DNA of 64,000 nucleotides from Tubulanus polymorphus (Eukaryota > Animalia > Nemertea), in NCBI RefSeq assembly GCF_964204645.1, contig NC_134028.1, positions 14,391,653-14,455,652 of the forward strand. Reading direction: 5' to 3'. Below, in pieces: positions 1-12,805 of the stretch. Numbering within the stretch: the first letter of the stretch is position 1; the number at the start of each line of letters is the position of its first letter. The notes below the pieces were generated by a model. That model did not search any database. It had not been told where the DNA came from and saw only the letters and a program-made list of their open reading frames with translations. A program made the position numbers and the translations under genes.

Positions 1-200
1 ATGATTTAAAAATAAATGTATTCGAATTTCAAGATTATATAAAATGTTTAAATAACTCAAAAGTTATGAATCATAAAATGAATTGTTTAAGATCAGAAAA
101 TCACGAGATGTAAATTAATGAAGTGGAAAAAACTAGCTTCAATCCATTCGATGATAAAAGATATATTTTGGATGATGGAATGAAAACATTAACCTTCTGG
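1..200 (+). pseudogene. Protein-primed PolB C-terminal remnant
   Basis: FQDYIKCLNNSKVMNHKMNCLRSENHEM*INEVEKTSFNPFDDKRYILDDG aligns with the end of 31257..35288; in-frame stop. Confidence 0.9.
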
Positions 201-604
201 TTATTAACATGTATCAATACCGTCAAACTCGAAATCACCATTGGCTTCATTATCTTCTTAACGATTTATATTTTGATGATTTACACTTTCAATAAAATAT
301 TCATAAATTTCATTCATTAGATGTTCTTCATTTTCATCTAATTGTTTTTCTATAATCATTAGGTTGTTCTATTTAATTTTTTTCATTTAAATAAAGTTCT
401 ATATTGTTCCACATTTCATCTCGTTCAAGTTGTTTCTTTTTATTTGTTATTTCATCAAATGGAATTATAATATCATTGTTTAAAAAATGTGCAATTGTAT
501 TTAAAAAGAATTCATAATTAATTGAATCTGTTATTTTATAATCCACACAATATTTTAATATTTTTGTGAATGTTTCTTGTATATATTTTTCATATCTTCT
601 TTTG

Positions 605-1616
605 TTATTTCGGTTTTTTATAATAATCGTTAAATAATAAATATAAATACATTTTCTTTTCTTTTGTGTTACATGTTGATAGAATAATTGTTTTTATTAT
701 ATCTTTCTTAGTTATTTCACCATTTTTATTTTCTATTATTTTCATTTTTTCAAGCCATTGCATATATTCTGGTGTATGATCTTGTATAGAAAATATTTTA
801 AAAATTTCATCTAGATATTTTAATTTTGATTCTATAAGAAAATCTCTAGTGTTTTCATCACCGCATAAATTTCTTTGATAACCACATACATTACAAAATA
901 TCATAGAATTTTCTTGTATTAAATACTCATAAATACATTGTGGGCATTTTTTCTATCAAATCTTGATAATAGATGTACATTAAGTTCTTGGAATTTACTT
1001 ACGTTTTCTTTATGTTTTATTGTTTTATTATGTAGATTTAAATTACTTGTTGTAATAATCAATGTACAATATTTACGATGTTTTTCTTATTAATTCATTA
1101 TATTGTTTTTCAACTTTTCAAGTGTTTCTTTATTATCTGTTAACGTTTTCTCATATTCTATTTTCTCTAATATATTTTTTTTCTTTCATTAAATTCTGTT
1201 TCAAATTCATAAGTAATTTTATTTAAATGTACTTCATTTAATTGGTGTTTCTCCCAATCTTCTATATTTTCAGGACTAAATTTTATTCGACAATGCTCAC
1301 CGAAATGATTCTTTATATTATTCATTATTCATGTGATGAAATAAAAAAGGTATTTTCGAAATAAATTTAGGTTCAACTTCAACAGAATTATAATAACTTT
1401 CGTTGCATTAACATTAACATCAACGTTAACTATTAAGTCATAAATTTTACACTTCTCTGGATGTTTTTTAAAATTATTTCTAGAGAATGTTTTATTACAA
1501 TTCTGGCAGTTTATTTTAGGGGGTTTATAATTTTTATCATGTTTTTACATATGTCGAGCCATATTACTTTTTCTTTGTAGTTCACCACAAATTTCACATT
1601 GTATGTTCTCATCCAT
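605..1616 (-). pseudogene. Decayed zinc-finger protein gene(s)
   Basis: TAAATG start at 1616 reads MDENIQCEICGELQRKSNMARHM*KH..NCQNCNKTFSRNNF; further CxxC in 605..904; stops and frameshifts. Confidence 0.55.
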
Positions 1617-1681
1617 TTACTCTAAAAATTGTATTCAAAATATCTTTGTGGGGTTCGAGGTAATTTTTTGAGTAATAAATA

Positions 1682-2429
1682 ATGGTTGAATTGAAAGAAT
1701 ATAGAATATATGTCGATTCTAGAAAACCTACAAATTATAAATCTCATTATTTACTAGTACAATTAGAGAATTTAAAAATTGTGTAGATTTAAAATTAGCA
1801 AATATAAGTTTATGTAATTCTTTTCATAATATATCGAATAAAAGTCTTGATCATTTAGTTTTTAAAATTTATGTTAGAAATTTGACTAAATGGTTTCATC
1901 TTTATCTAAAACTAGGATAGTATAATTCAGAATGATTAGCGCAAGAAATTAATAAAAGAGCTCGTTTAAAAATGGGTGCATCTAGTAAGTTTGAAATTTG
2001 TTAAAAGTGATAGTTAGAATAAAATAAGAATAAAAATAGGTAATGAACAACATAGATTTTCAGTAAGAAAACCTTTAGCTAAACTGTTTGGAATTCTTCC
2101 AGATAAAGATTATTCAAATATTGATACTTATACAAATATAATACCTTTTACACACTTTTATATTTATTGCAATTTAAGTGACCCAACAAAAAAAATCGAA
2201 GCAACTTAAGATACAATTTGTAATTCTAGTATATATTAAATATTTTACCATAAAAAATGTTAAACAATTCGGTACACGAATAAATTATTATGTAGCTGAA
2301 TGTGATTTTAAACCTTGTATTTCACAATTCAATAATTTTAAGTTAGAAATTAGAAATCATAATGGATACTTAATTGATTTGAATAACTTTCCTGTGATAT
2401 ATGAATTAGTTGTAAGATGTAGAGAATAA
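1682..2429 (+). pseudogene. Minor capsid (penton) pseudogene
   Basis: MVELKEYRIYVDSRK...LEIRNHNGYLIDLNNFPVIYELVVRCRE matches 62105..62863; several frameshifts. Confidence 0.8.
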
Positions 2430-2619
2430 TTAATAATTTTTTTATAATAATAAATATGAATATAACAGTAGGACCGAGTATATGTTTTGGGTTTGATTTT
2501 AAACATGGTAAAGAAATGAGAATTAAACTAAATGATGTAATTACTGATATTAAAAGTAAATCATTTATTAATGCATCAACAATTTGATGTGTTTTTGAAA
2601 CGCTGAAATTGGATCTTCC

Positions 2620-3700
2620 TCAAGAAACCAAGTTTTCTCACCACCATCAAGCAATCATCATCTTCATCCTCCGAACAACTGCTGTCTGTTTCACATTTTT
2701 TTTCCGGAATATAACCCATCTCTGAGTCTCCTCGACAAACTTCCAGTTCCGGCGACAGAGGGCAAGGAAGGATCCAAAGACCTTAGAGGTTCGGCTATTG
2801 GCAACAACAGATTCCTATATAATGTGCGAGTTTACCCAATCTCAACATTCTTCACCATATATACAGGTAAACCCCCAGCAGGCTTCAGCACTACGGTGTA
2901 CGGAACTTCCATCCATCCGCGATTTTATGTCGACTCGAGAATCCAACCTGTTTCACTAAAACCAAATTCCCCACATCAATATCTCCTCCATTTACTTTCG
3001 CGTCATTCATAAATTTGCTATACTCACCTGCCTCCTTGGTGTTTCTTGCTGCAACTTCCCAAGCTTCCTCTAATTGTTTCCCAATCTTTGTGCCATATTC
3101 TGCAGGTTGGTCTGTTCCATCTGAGATACCATACATCAAATCCACTGGTAACCGAGGTTTCCGGCCAAACATGGGATAATACGGTTCGAAACCTGTAATA
3201 CGCTGAGGAGTGCAATTGTACGAGAAAACAGCCGCTTGGAGATACTCCCGCCACTTGGTCTGCGACTCTTTAGCTAACTTACCCAACAGTCCGATTAGAG
3301 TCTGAATAAATCTCTTACAGTAACCGTTACCCATTGCGTGATATGGCGAAGTGCGACACTTCGACATTCCCAATATCTTGCAAAGTTCAGCAATCACTTT
3401 CGACTCGAAATTCCTCCCGTGGTCTGAATGCAGTACTGCAGGAATTCCTAACTTTGTCACGTAAAGGTCATGTAAAATAAGAGCACCCGACTTCATGGCC
3501 TGTAAAATCTACTACTCACGAGTGCCATAGTACGATCCCGACCGGGATGTGACATCTCACCATGCAACAACCATCGAGTGCTCGGACTTCGGTAAAACAA
3601 TCTGAAAGAGTATTTGTCCATCCATCCATATCTTCCGACTCAACACACCTTTTTTATGACTAAATTGATGGATAAATGCCGCTTGAAGCATTTTTCAGAG
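2620..3700 (-). mobile_element. Gypsy/Ty3 LTR retrotransposon integrase fragment
   Basis: ORF 2891..3496 has the rve core (LHSDHGRNFES, TSPYHAMGNG, YNCTP..TGFEPYYPMFGRKPRLP); upstream LHGEMSHPGRDRT is the HH half of the HHCC finger; internal deletion. Confidence 0.85.
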
Positions 3701-5239
3701 AAACTTTGTCACCAGACTCCAGAGAACGAATAAGGCTATGTAATAGCTTTCTATTGCTTCAAGGGGATGTCCACCTCGCCGACCACGGCTCTTCCCTGAA
3801 AAATTAATTGCTGAATCGACCCGCTAATGATGAATACTATTTTTAGATCCCCTGATTTCTAAATTCAAAAATATAGATTTATATGAACCTTAGGTCTACC
3901 CTTGTAATTAAACAAAGATCTTGCATTCGAGTTTATTCATTTTAAGGAGTTTCTTTATTTCAAGCCGCCGGATTGATTGTCTAAATCTCTTTGCTCTTCT
4001 CGTGACTTGTATTCAATTAAATTGTCTATTCTCGTTCTACAATTTGTACGTGAATACTATCAACGGTAGGCCTAGCACTTGTTTCTTTTCATTCCGTTTT
4101 TCATAATGATTTTGTTTTATTCAAATCTTCATTTTATCGCGACGGGTGCTTCCGCTTTTAAACTGTTCGTTTATTACTTCCGATTTTTTAATCTTCATTA
4201 ATTTATTCATTCTTTATGACTTCTCCCTCCAAAATCGGAAGAATTGTATCCTTAGAGGCTTTTGATCATGATTTTTAATGACTTTGCAAAACCACCTGTC
4301 GCAGTATATTTCCTTTTAGAAATATACCTTGTTGAGGAAGAGCTATCGAAGTATTCCCTCTCTTCTCCACATCAATTTCAAAGTCAATTTATTGCTCAGC
4401 GAGTCCGAGTCAAAGAGTTTACGAGCCCGGCGTTCGCGAGTCCGACAGGTTTACGGGCATTTGTTAGTTACCTCTTTTATATTATTGATTTCTTGTCATT
4501 CCAGTTATTTCATTAAAAGTATATTGCTGATCAGTTCATGTAACCAGAAGCGTCAATAAATAAATTTTGAATTGATCAAGTTTAAATCTAGTCAGTAACC
4601 TGACTGTGGTTTAGTTTCACGATCGGATATTTTCACAAACCACAGTCAGGAATGGGAAGGTCATTTTTCAATGAAATCTTCGTGAGTCCATTTGACTCAC
4701 GAGTAATTTGCCTGGCATTTTATTGTCTCTTAAGATATCCGTCTAATTTTTGTAGTAATCGACGCACAACAGATTCGTAGTTTGTTTGATACCTATAACA
4801 CCTCACCTGACGATCTTAATCCATGTGCAAATCGGCCGTTAAGTGAGAGTACATTTCCGTCGATTCGACGGCGGCCATTTTGAAAACGTGTGGAGGGTGC
4901 TGGCACCTGTGGACTGAGGCCAGGACAACAGCACAAACTGACAAAGCGAAACGACGAAATTAGAAAAATTACGAAATCAACACGTATTCACATTTTTCTT
5001 TTACCAGAATATATTATTTCATTTTTTATTATAGAAAACACGAAGAATTTCATATAAGTTGAGAAATATAATAGTATGGTTTCCCTTTGTTGTGGACTTT
5101 TTGTGGATATGTGTGTAACAAATCGCCATTTTGGGATAGTACATGTGTGTAGTTGGAGATTCTGGGTTACCAGTTCAACCCCCAACCTGTATAAAGTATT
5201 GGCCTATTTTGGTATTTTACATTCTCTTGTAAAGATTTT

Positions 5240-6017
5240 GTGAGACTAAAATTGTGTACTTTTGTCTTTCCAGGGAAAAAGTTAGAAGACTTGTTAAATG
5301 TCTCCGGTTGGCCGGCAGACAAACCTGCTCTGTTTACACATTACCTGATCCTCCACGCTAACAATGTAATCGCTGGTAAACCTCAAGCTCCAAGTTTTAA
5401 GAGGAAGGCGGAGAAGTTAGAAGAGACAGTTAAGGTTGATGAAACCGACGGTACCGAGGCTACTGGTGTTTTGGATAGACTTACATCTTTAGAGAAACAA
5501 GTCACTACTTCTTCAGGACTCGTGACTGTTGAGGCTGCTTTAGAGCAGGTAAGGTCCGCTGCCCGTCGCCCACAAAATTATTTTGACAGATTCCTGTTGC
5601 TGGGCTGTTTGGAAAATCTGGAAGAAGTCGCTCTTCGACACCACGACAAAGTCGCTCAATTTTATAAATCTGTCTTAAGGACAGTTAAGGACAACTTAGA
5701 TTCGGATGCCTTGCAGCATCTTGCCCTTATGCTGGTCGGATCCACTGAAGATGAGAAGGTCGCTAAGCTAGCATCTAAATGGCGTAAAGATTATAAGGTG
5801 GCGCCCTCTAGTAAAGCGAAGAGCGTCGATAGCAAGAATAATCGAGTGGTTGATCGTAACACTTTCGGGTTGCAGATGCCCTATTGGCCTTCCTTTGATA
5901 ATATCCCTATGTGGGGTCAGAAGTGGTCTGCTGGTAACTTGTTTTGCGTGTAGAAAGAAGGGTCATTTCGCAAGAGATTGCCCGAATGAAAAGATCAAGG
6001 ACGAGGAGGAGAAATGA
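5240..6017 (+). pseudogene. DIRS gag-like ORF with CCHC zinc knuckle
   Basis: 237-aa ORF; a 1-nt shift near 5940 continues as CFACRKKGHFARDCP (CX2CX4HX4C) to TGA at 6015-6017. Confidence 0.8.
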
Positions 6018-6428
6018 ACCGGTGATTGTCTGATCTGCCGACCTTTCGCTATTACATTTGTTGGCTTTTCTCTCTTGTTATGCGTGTTGTACTTTGTTTT
6101 GCGTGTTGTTTTATATCGTGTTTTCTCATTATAGGGGAATCAAGTGTATCTTCATTTTTTCGGTGAACTGTGGATTGATAAAGGATGTTATCTAGCCCCG
6201 CTGGATAAAGCAATCTTTAATAAGTTCTGAAACTCTGTTAAAGAGAATTATTAATAAATTTTTTGTCCTTGTGGAATCTGAAATTTTACTGTTTTGTGTC
6301 TCTTTTTAGTTGTTTCCAACTTTCTAGCCGCGGATATCATATTGTCCGTCGTCATGGCTGTTGGGTCGTGCAGGTTAGGGGGTTGTCTGGTTTCTCTTTC
6401 TCACCGCTGGGTCTTTGCTATTTTGCAG

Positions 6429-8594
6429 GGAAGGAAACAGGATGGACTCGGGAAATTGGTAACCTCAGGACAAACCTTTGATGCGTGGGTGGATATTGAT
6501 GGGTTACCAGCTCAACCCCCAATCCAGCTAGTCACAGCGGAGGAAGTGGCGGATAACCCATAAATATTTCAAGATATCGAGCCCTCGGACCTCATTTTCC
6601 GAAACCCTGATCGTTTCATTGCTGGAAATGTAAGTTATTTTATGCATGAGTGGGAAAAGGTCTTGACTCCGAATGAAAGCGATGTAAGGGAATGGATTTC
6701 TTCCGGAGTACATATTCCGGATTTTTTCATCCATTTTAAAGGTCAATTTAAAAACATGAGTTTTGACAGCGATACGCCCCCTACGTCATATCTTCCGAAC
6801 GCAAGAGTATGCCAGCATTTTTCAGACTTTATCTCGCGTACAATACAGGACAGAGTCAAAAATGGCTCCTTGGAATACTGGGGCAAGGTAGGCGTGTGCT
6901 CTCCACCCTTCTTGGTGTTGCCACTTACGATTGAGCCAGTGAAACCAAGACTCTGCCACGACGAGCGGTTCCTCAATCTGTGGATCCGGGACTGTCCGTT
7001 CAGCCTGGACAAATTTAATATGATTCCTTGTATCTGCCCTCAGTTTTCGAACTTTACCACTATAGATGATAAGAGTGGGTATGACCATATTAGAGTCTCC
7101 GAAGACAGTAAAAAGTATCTGGGAATTGAATGGGAAGGGCATTTTTATGTTTTCAAGGTCATACCTTTTGGCTTTAAACCATCGGCCTATGTGTACCAAA
7201 GAGTTGGCATGGTTGCGACAAATTACTTGCACACGCTCGGTGTGCCCGTTTTACAATATATAGACGATAGGTTTATTGGCGAGTTATGCACTAGGTTTTT
7301 GTCTTTGTCTGGCCCGCAAAGACCCTCTCTGTGTGCATACATGGTGTATGAGGTACTGGTTCGTTTGGGCTATTTTATCGGTTTATCCAAGTCGGATTTC
7401 CTGCCAACGCCGTCGAAGATCTCGCTTGGCCTGATCGTTGACACCGCCCGCCTATGCTTTGGTTTGCCTGAGGCAAAGAAGAAAAAATTTAAAATCTTGC
7501 GGGAGTTCATCTTGTCAGAAAGATCAGTCAGTATTAAAACTATCCAAAAGTTTGTGGGAAAGCTAGTCTCATTTTCCGCGGCCATCCCCACAACTAGAAT
7601 CTTCACTTGAGAGGCTAATAGGGCTATTTCTAAGGCTTCCAGGAACTCCAGTCAGATCATAGTATCGAGCAATCTCAGAGATGAGATTGAATATTGGAGA
7701 TTCATCGACAACTGGAATGAGTTTGTTCCTTGGCGCCGCGAGGTTCATAAGGTTGTCTGCTTATAGTATGATGCATCCGGTTTTCGGTGGGGAGGTTTTA
7801 TGACGATAGACGGTCAGGACGTTTCGGTCGGCGATTATTGGGAAGGACATGAGATCCAATCCCATATCACAGTTAAGGAAACTCTAGCTCTTGACAGGGT
7901 ATTGCGCGCCTTTAAACCCCAGCTGAAGGACTGTAGAGTGGATGCCAAGGTGGATAACCAAACTATGATTTCCGTTTGGGAACACGAGGGAAAAGGTTCA
8001 AGGTCGAAAGATTTAAATGATGCCGTGAAGGTCCTTTTCCATACTGTTGCGGACCTCAAGGTTTATTTACGACTATCGTATGTTCCGTCTGGGGAGAATG
8101 CTGCTGATGCTCCTTCGCGAATCTTACGGAGATCTGATGAAAAATTACCGGGAAAATTCTGGCGTATTGTTCAATCGATTTTTGGGGGTGAGTCGGGGCA
8201 TTCTATCGATCTTATGGCCTTAGATTCGAACGCTATGGTGGACCTTAAGGGAAAGGTCCTTAGGCATTTTACCCCTTGGCAGACCCCAGGTTCTTCTGGC
8301 GTGAACATATTTTGTCAAGATTTGTCCGGTGAGGAGAACTGCTATGTGTTCCCACCTTTCCATTTAGTAGGTGCTGTTCTTCGTTCTCTGACAAAATTCA
8401 GTGTGCCTGTCACATGTATCGTTCCTGGGATGCTGCCCAGGCCCTACTGGTGGCCTTCAGTCTGTTATACTTCTAAAAGTTTCCAGCTGCTGGCAGCTGC
8501 GGGGACTAAAGGGGCCCTTCTTTACCCATTTAAGAATGGTTTTAAACTTGATGATGTCGGGTTACCAGTAGACTTGTTTGTTGTCCGCGTCTAG
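6429..8594 (+). pseudogene. DIRS pol: reverse transcriptase, RNase H and adenine-methyltransferase-like domain
   Basis: One frame with stops at 6561, 7608 and ~7764; DDKSGYDH, IPFG, YIDD (RT); YDASG, HITVKE, VDNQ, NAADAPSR (RNase H); IDLMA...YVFPPF (MT). Confidence 0.92.
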
Positions 8595-8655
8595 TTATTT
8601 TAAGTAAGATCTGGATTGTTGCTCTGTAACCCTTGTTTCTCTTGTCTACTTTTAG

Positions 8656-9678
8656 AACTTTTCGCGCCCCAATTATGCCAGGGATATAGAAGACCGTTTA
8701 GAGGAGATACAGTTTTTGCAAACATCTTCAAAATACGGAAAACAGAAAAATGGCCTAGTGAAAGGCTTCCTTGATTTTCTTATAGCGGCGGGCACGGGCA
8801 GATTCCTCTACGACAATACCCCCGTGACATGTGTGCCTATTTAGTCAGTCGGGATAGATTCGGAAAGACTACTGTTCATGCTAACAGCTGCCCCTGCGGG
8901 CTGTGAAGGGAATTCCGGGCTGCCTTTGCCCAAGACGCCTAGCTGCTTCGACGGTTGATTCTTACATAGGCTAATTGCGGGGATAGTTCAAAGAAAACGG
9001 CAGATGTGGTGACTGGCAACCCTTATTAGGTTTGGGGAATCCTGCGGCCTCCCCCCCCCCTTGTTCTTGGTTATCTTCGAGCCATTAGGAGAGAACAATC
9101 TATGGCCGGGGTAGTTCCAGGGCAGGCGGTCTGATGAGGTCCTGAGAAATGACGATGGTACTGAGATAATCTTGAGTCTGACGTTTGGGAAGACACTAAG
9201 ATGCTCTAGAAAATCTGTGGTTTTGATGACTTTAGGAAACAAAATTTTGTGCCCTATTCGCGGTCTCTCTGATTATTTTGAAACCTGTAGTACCTTGGGT
9301 ATTGATTTATCGGCAGGTTAATTGTTCTGCACTGTGAACCGTAGAGGGCTTGTGCTAAATCAACCACTGGTTGACTCTGCTATAAACAACAGACTAAAAC
9401 ATTACCTGAATGAATTGGGACTGAACGAGGGGGAGACCGTCCACAGTTTCCGCGCTGGTACAGCAGTCATTCTTGCACTCTCTGGGCGTTCCCCTGAAGA
9501 AGTCTCCAAGTACATCCGATGGAAAGGGACCTCAATGGCTAAGCATTATACTGCTCTGGACAGAGTTTTGACCGTCTCGGACTCTGGAGCATTAAGATCA
9601 GCTCTTTCAGGGGAACCCGAACGGGATTACTATTTTGCTAAGAATAACGTTGGGGGTTTTAATCCCATATTTCAATGA
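8656..9678 (+). pseudogene. DIRS tyrosine recombinase with N-terminal ALOG domain
   Basis: DRFGKTTVHANSCP..CLCPRRLAASTVDSYIG*LR (ALOG); FGKTLR, HSFR, RWKGTSMAKHY catalytic motifs; frameshifts and an internal deletion. Confidence 0.88.
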
Positions 9679-9838
9679 TGTTACATTTTGTTTGGAAGTA
9701 TATACTACTTTAGTTGTAGCCTACCTTGAATTAAATTTCTGAGTTTATGCACCCCCACTTTTTGTGGTTTTGGATTTGGGTTGGATTTGGGTTTGGGGTG
9801 TGTGGTGTTCTTGTTTTTTGGGTAGTGTGGGAAATATG

Positions 9839-10278
<440 letters not shown>

Positions 10279-10612
10279 GCTATAACCGCCTCTGATCTCG
10301 ACTTTCAATTATAACTACGTAAGCTATTCGTGAACAAAATGCGGCCGGCGCACAATAGAAACTTCGCTCTATGTATTCTTTCATTACCGCTGACAAAGAG
10401 GGCCGATATTTCGCAAATTGGATTCGGGAGGTTTAAACCTCCCAAGGTCAAATCACTAAAATTGTGACCTTCGTGGATATTATCTAAAAGCCGATCGTAG
10501 TCAATACTAGCAGAACTTTTTACCTAAACGTCCAATGGTTTGAAAATGGCGTTCCTAAGTATTTGATGAAAGTTGAGAAATCATAAGATATTCATATAAC
10601 CATGGACTCTAA
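10279..10612 (-). repeat. Interspersed repeat copy, inverse of 36872-37205
   Basis: ~330 bp reverse-complement similarity with scattered mismatches; ends in CCATGGACTCTAA. Confidence 0.85.
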
Positions 10613-10825
10613 GAAGTTACTTGGGATGTTTAATTAATTGATGAACAATGTACAAGTAAAACCAGGCCTATGAGACACCCCTAATGTAAAATGATATCAT
10701 GCAAGATATTCGTTATAAGTGTATTATAGTCCTGATCTGAATGTACCCACGAGTATCGAGACTTGGTTTTATCTACGAAAAACTGTGATAATTGCTCGTA
10801 GGTTTTATCAAGCGTCAGCGCTAGT

Positions 10826-11016
10826 GGTGAACGGAAAAAATGGCCAAGGAAAAAATGGCCACGGAAAAAAGGATTTGATTTCGTTTTAGTTAATAAAATG
10901 ACAGTTTTCCATTCAATCTTCCTTGGCCTTTTTTCCGTGGCCATTTTTTCCTTGGCCATTTTTTCCTGGCCATTTTTTCCTTGGTGATTATTTCCTTGGC
11001 CATTTTTCCCTACATT
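10826..11016. mobile_element. MULE/foldback-like MITE with 9-bp TSD
   Basis: TSD AGCGCTAGT at 10817-10825 and 11017-11025; inverted arrays of ~15-bp GGAAAAAATGGCCAA units. Confidence 0.85.
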
Positions 11017-11498
11017 AGCGCTAGTACATGCTTGATATGGGCATTGTTGGTTTATATTTTGAACTCGATAAAGAAGTTTTTTACATTTAAGCGTGAATGA
11101 CGCACTGTGATGAACTATATTGAATTTAATCAAAGAAACTTAATGTTCCAAAAGGAATATAAGTGTAGTTAGGATTAATAGTTGTTGCTTTTTTCTTAAT
11201 GAAAACCGATGATATAAAATAATTCAGGTTATTATCCCCAAAGTAAAAAACCCCGGTAAAATATTCCCAATATTTGATTTAACTAACATTTTCAGATAAA
11301 ATCAATACAATTTCTTATGTTCCAAAGAACTCAAATCATCGATTCTAGATTTTATTGCACTTCTGTTGAACTGATGTATAGATGTACAATATGATGACCG
11401 AACGTTTGATGAGAAATAATTACTGTGGTTAGACACAATTCTTGGGATACGAATCGTTTGATTGAATTCGGTCATTTAAACTACTGGCTAATTTACGG

Positions 11499-12805
11499 GG
11501 TTAGCGGTAAAAATCCCCTTGGTAAAAATCCCTTAGGTAAAAATCCCCAATTCTTCAAAGTAGGTAAAAATCCCCCTCCTTTTGAATGCAGTCCAAGTAG
11601 ATACGATCTTAAGGTCAATTAATTAATATTTATTGATACATATATCAAATTTATTCATATTTTAATGTGGAACATCATAAGTATATCACGAGCATACAAA
11701 GTGTATACTATTTGAATTAAAACACTCCAAATTAATTAACAGTTCATTAATACTAAATTAGTACTTAAAGTGATCGCACGGCTTAATGAAAGGGTTCGTC
11801 GCACATTTCAAATAGCCTGTTACACTAGCTTAGATCTAAAATATTTGAAACTAAACTTCATTATTTCTAATAATTCATGGCAGCGCACAGCTGAAATATA
11901 CCACAAGTTAACTAGAGTTAACTAGAGTTCACATTTCAAAATACTATACAGATTGAGACTAGATGATTGAATTAAATATTTGAATCAAAATATTGTCACT
12001 GGAGTAAATATATATTCCTTATTACACTTTTAGCAGTGATCATATTGTACATATAATTGAAAGTATTACTGTCATGTAATGTTAATGGGGTATTAGAATC
12101 GCGAAATCTAAGTTGTTCAAAACCAACATGAAAATGAGACGAGAGAATACACAATATCCGTATATGATGAATAACGAGAGAAATCCCACAATGAATTCAG
12201 CTAAAAAATCTGAAGTTCTATATTGAAATGATTACGTATATTACGAGCAACGATTCGGCTGATGCTATTAGCCATCATCAGGCCCCCGTCAACATGAAAA
12301 TATAGATACGTAAATCGAATCCATATCATGAGCATACTAACTATAGTACGAATAAAGTTAGAAAAAAACTACAAATTAACAGTTCATTGATACTTAAATA
12401 ACGCTTAAAGTTATCGCACAGTTCATATCCCTCGCAAGCAGCTCGCATGTTAAAAAGAGTTCATCGCACAATTGAAATATATTACAAGCTCGAGTTTAAG
12501 ATATTCCAAAATTTGGAAAAGTTCATTATTTCTAATATTTCATCGCATAGCACAGTGAAATATACCACAAGTAAAAAAGGAGTTATTTAGTTCGAATTAA
12601 AAGATAATATGAATAAAAAGTTCATTTATTTCGTTTATGATATGAATCTATTTAAAGATTTATTTCAACAAAAGAGTCCAATGCGCAGTTCAAATATATT
12701 GCAGTTGTATTGCGGATGAATATATTAGGATAAATATCTTGCTTTCAATTGTTCTTAAAAAATCGCCAAGTGAGGATTTTATCAAGGGTATTTTTACCTA
12801 CAACC
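11499..12805. mobile_element. Probable MULE/foldback-like non-autonomous element
   Basis: GGTAAAAATCCCC array at left, degenerate inverse at 12770-12805; internal diverged direct repeat (~11730-11910 vs ~12372-12573); no TSD seen. Confidence 0.45.

Larger units (their letters stand above)
1..2586 (+). mobile_element. Decayed Maverick/Polinton fragment (copy 0): pPolB 3' end, opposite-strand Zn-finger genes, minor capsid, start of next gene
   Basis: Translated segments match the pPolB C-terminus, the penton and the MNITVGPSICFGFDFK gene of the two large copies; truncated by Gypsy sequence near 2586. Confidence 0.9.

Noticed and set aside
4599-4650. 14-bp perfect inverted repeat upstream of DIRS gag
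   Set aside because: Does not match the DIRS terminal repeats; no second copy or TSD, so no role can be supported.
5930-5960. Programmed frameshift before the gag zinc knuckle
   Set aside because: No slippery site; the element has many other lesions, so a 1-nt insertion is simpler.
10681-11622. 150-aa and 65-aa repetitive ORFs
   Set aside because: Read-through of MITE tandem arrays.
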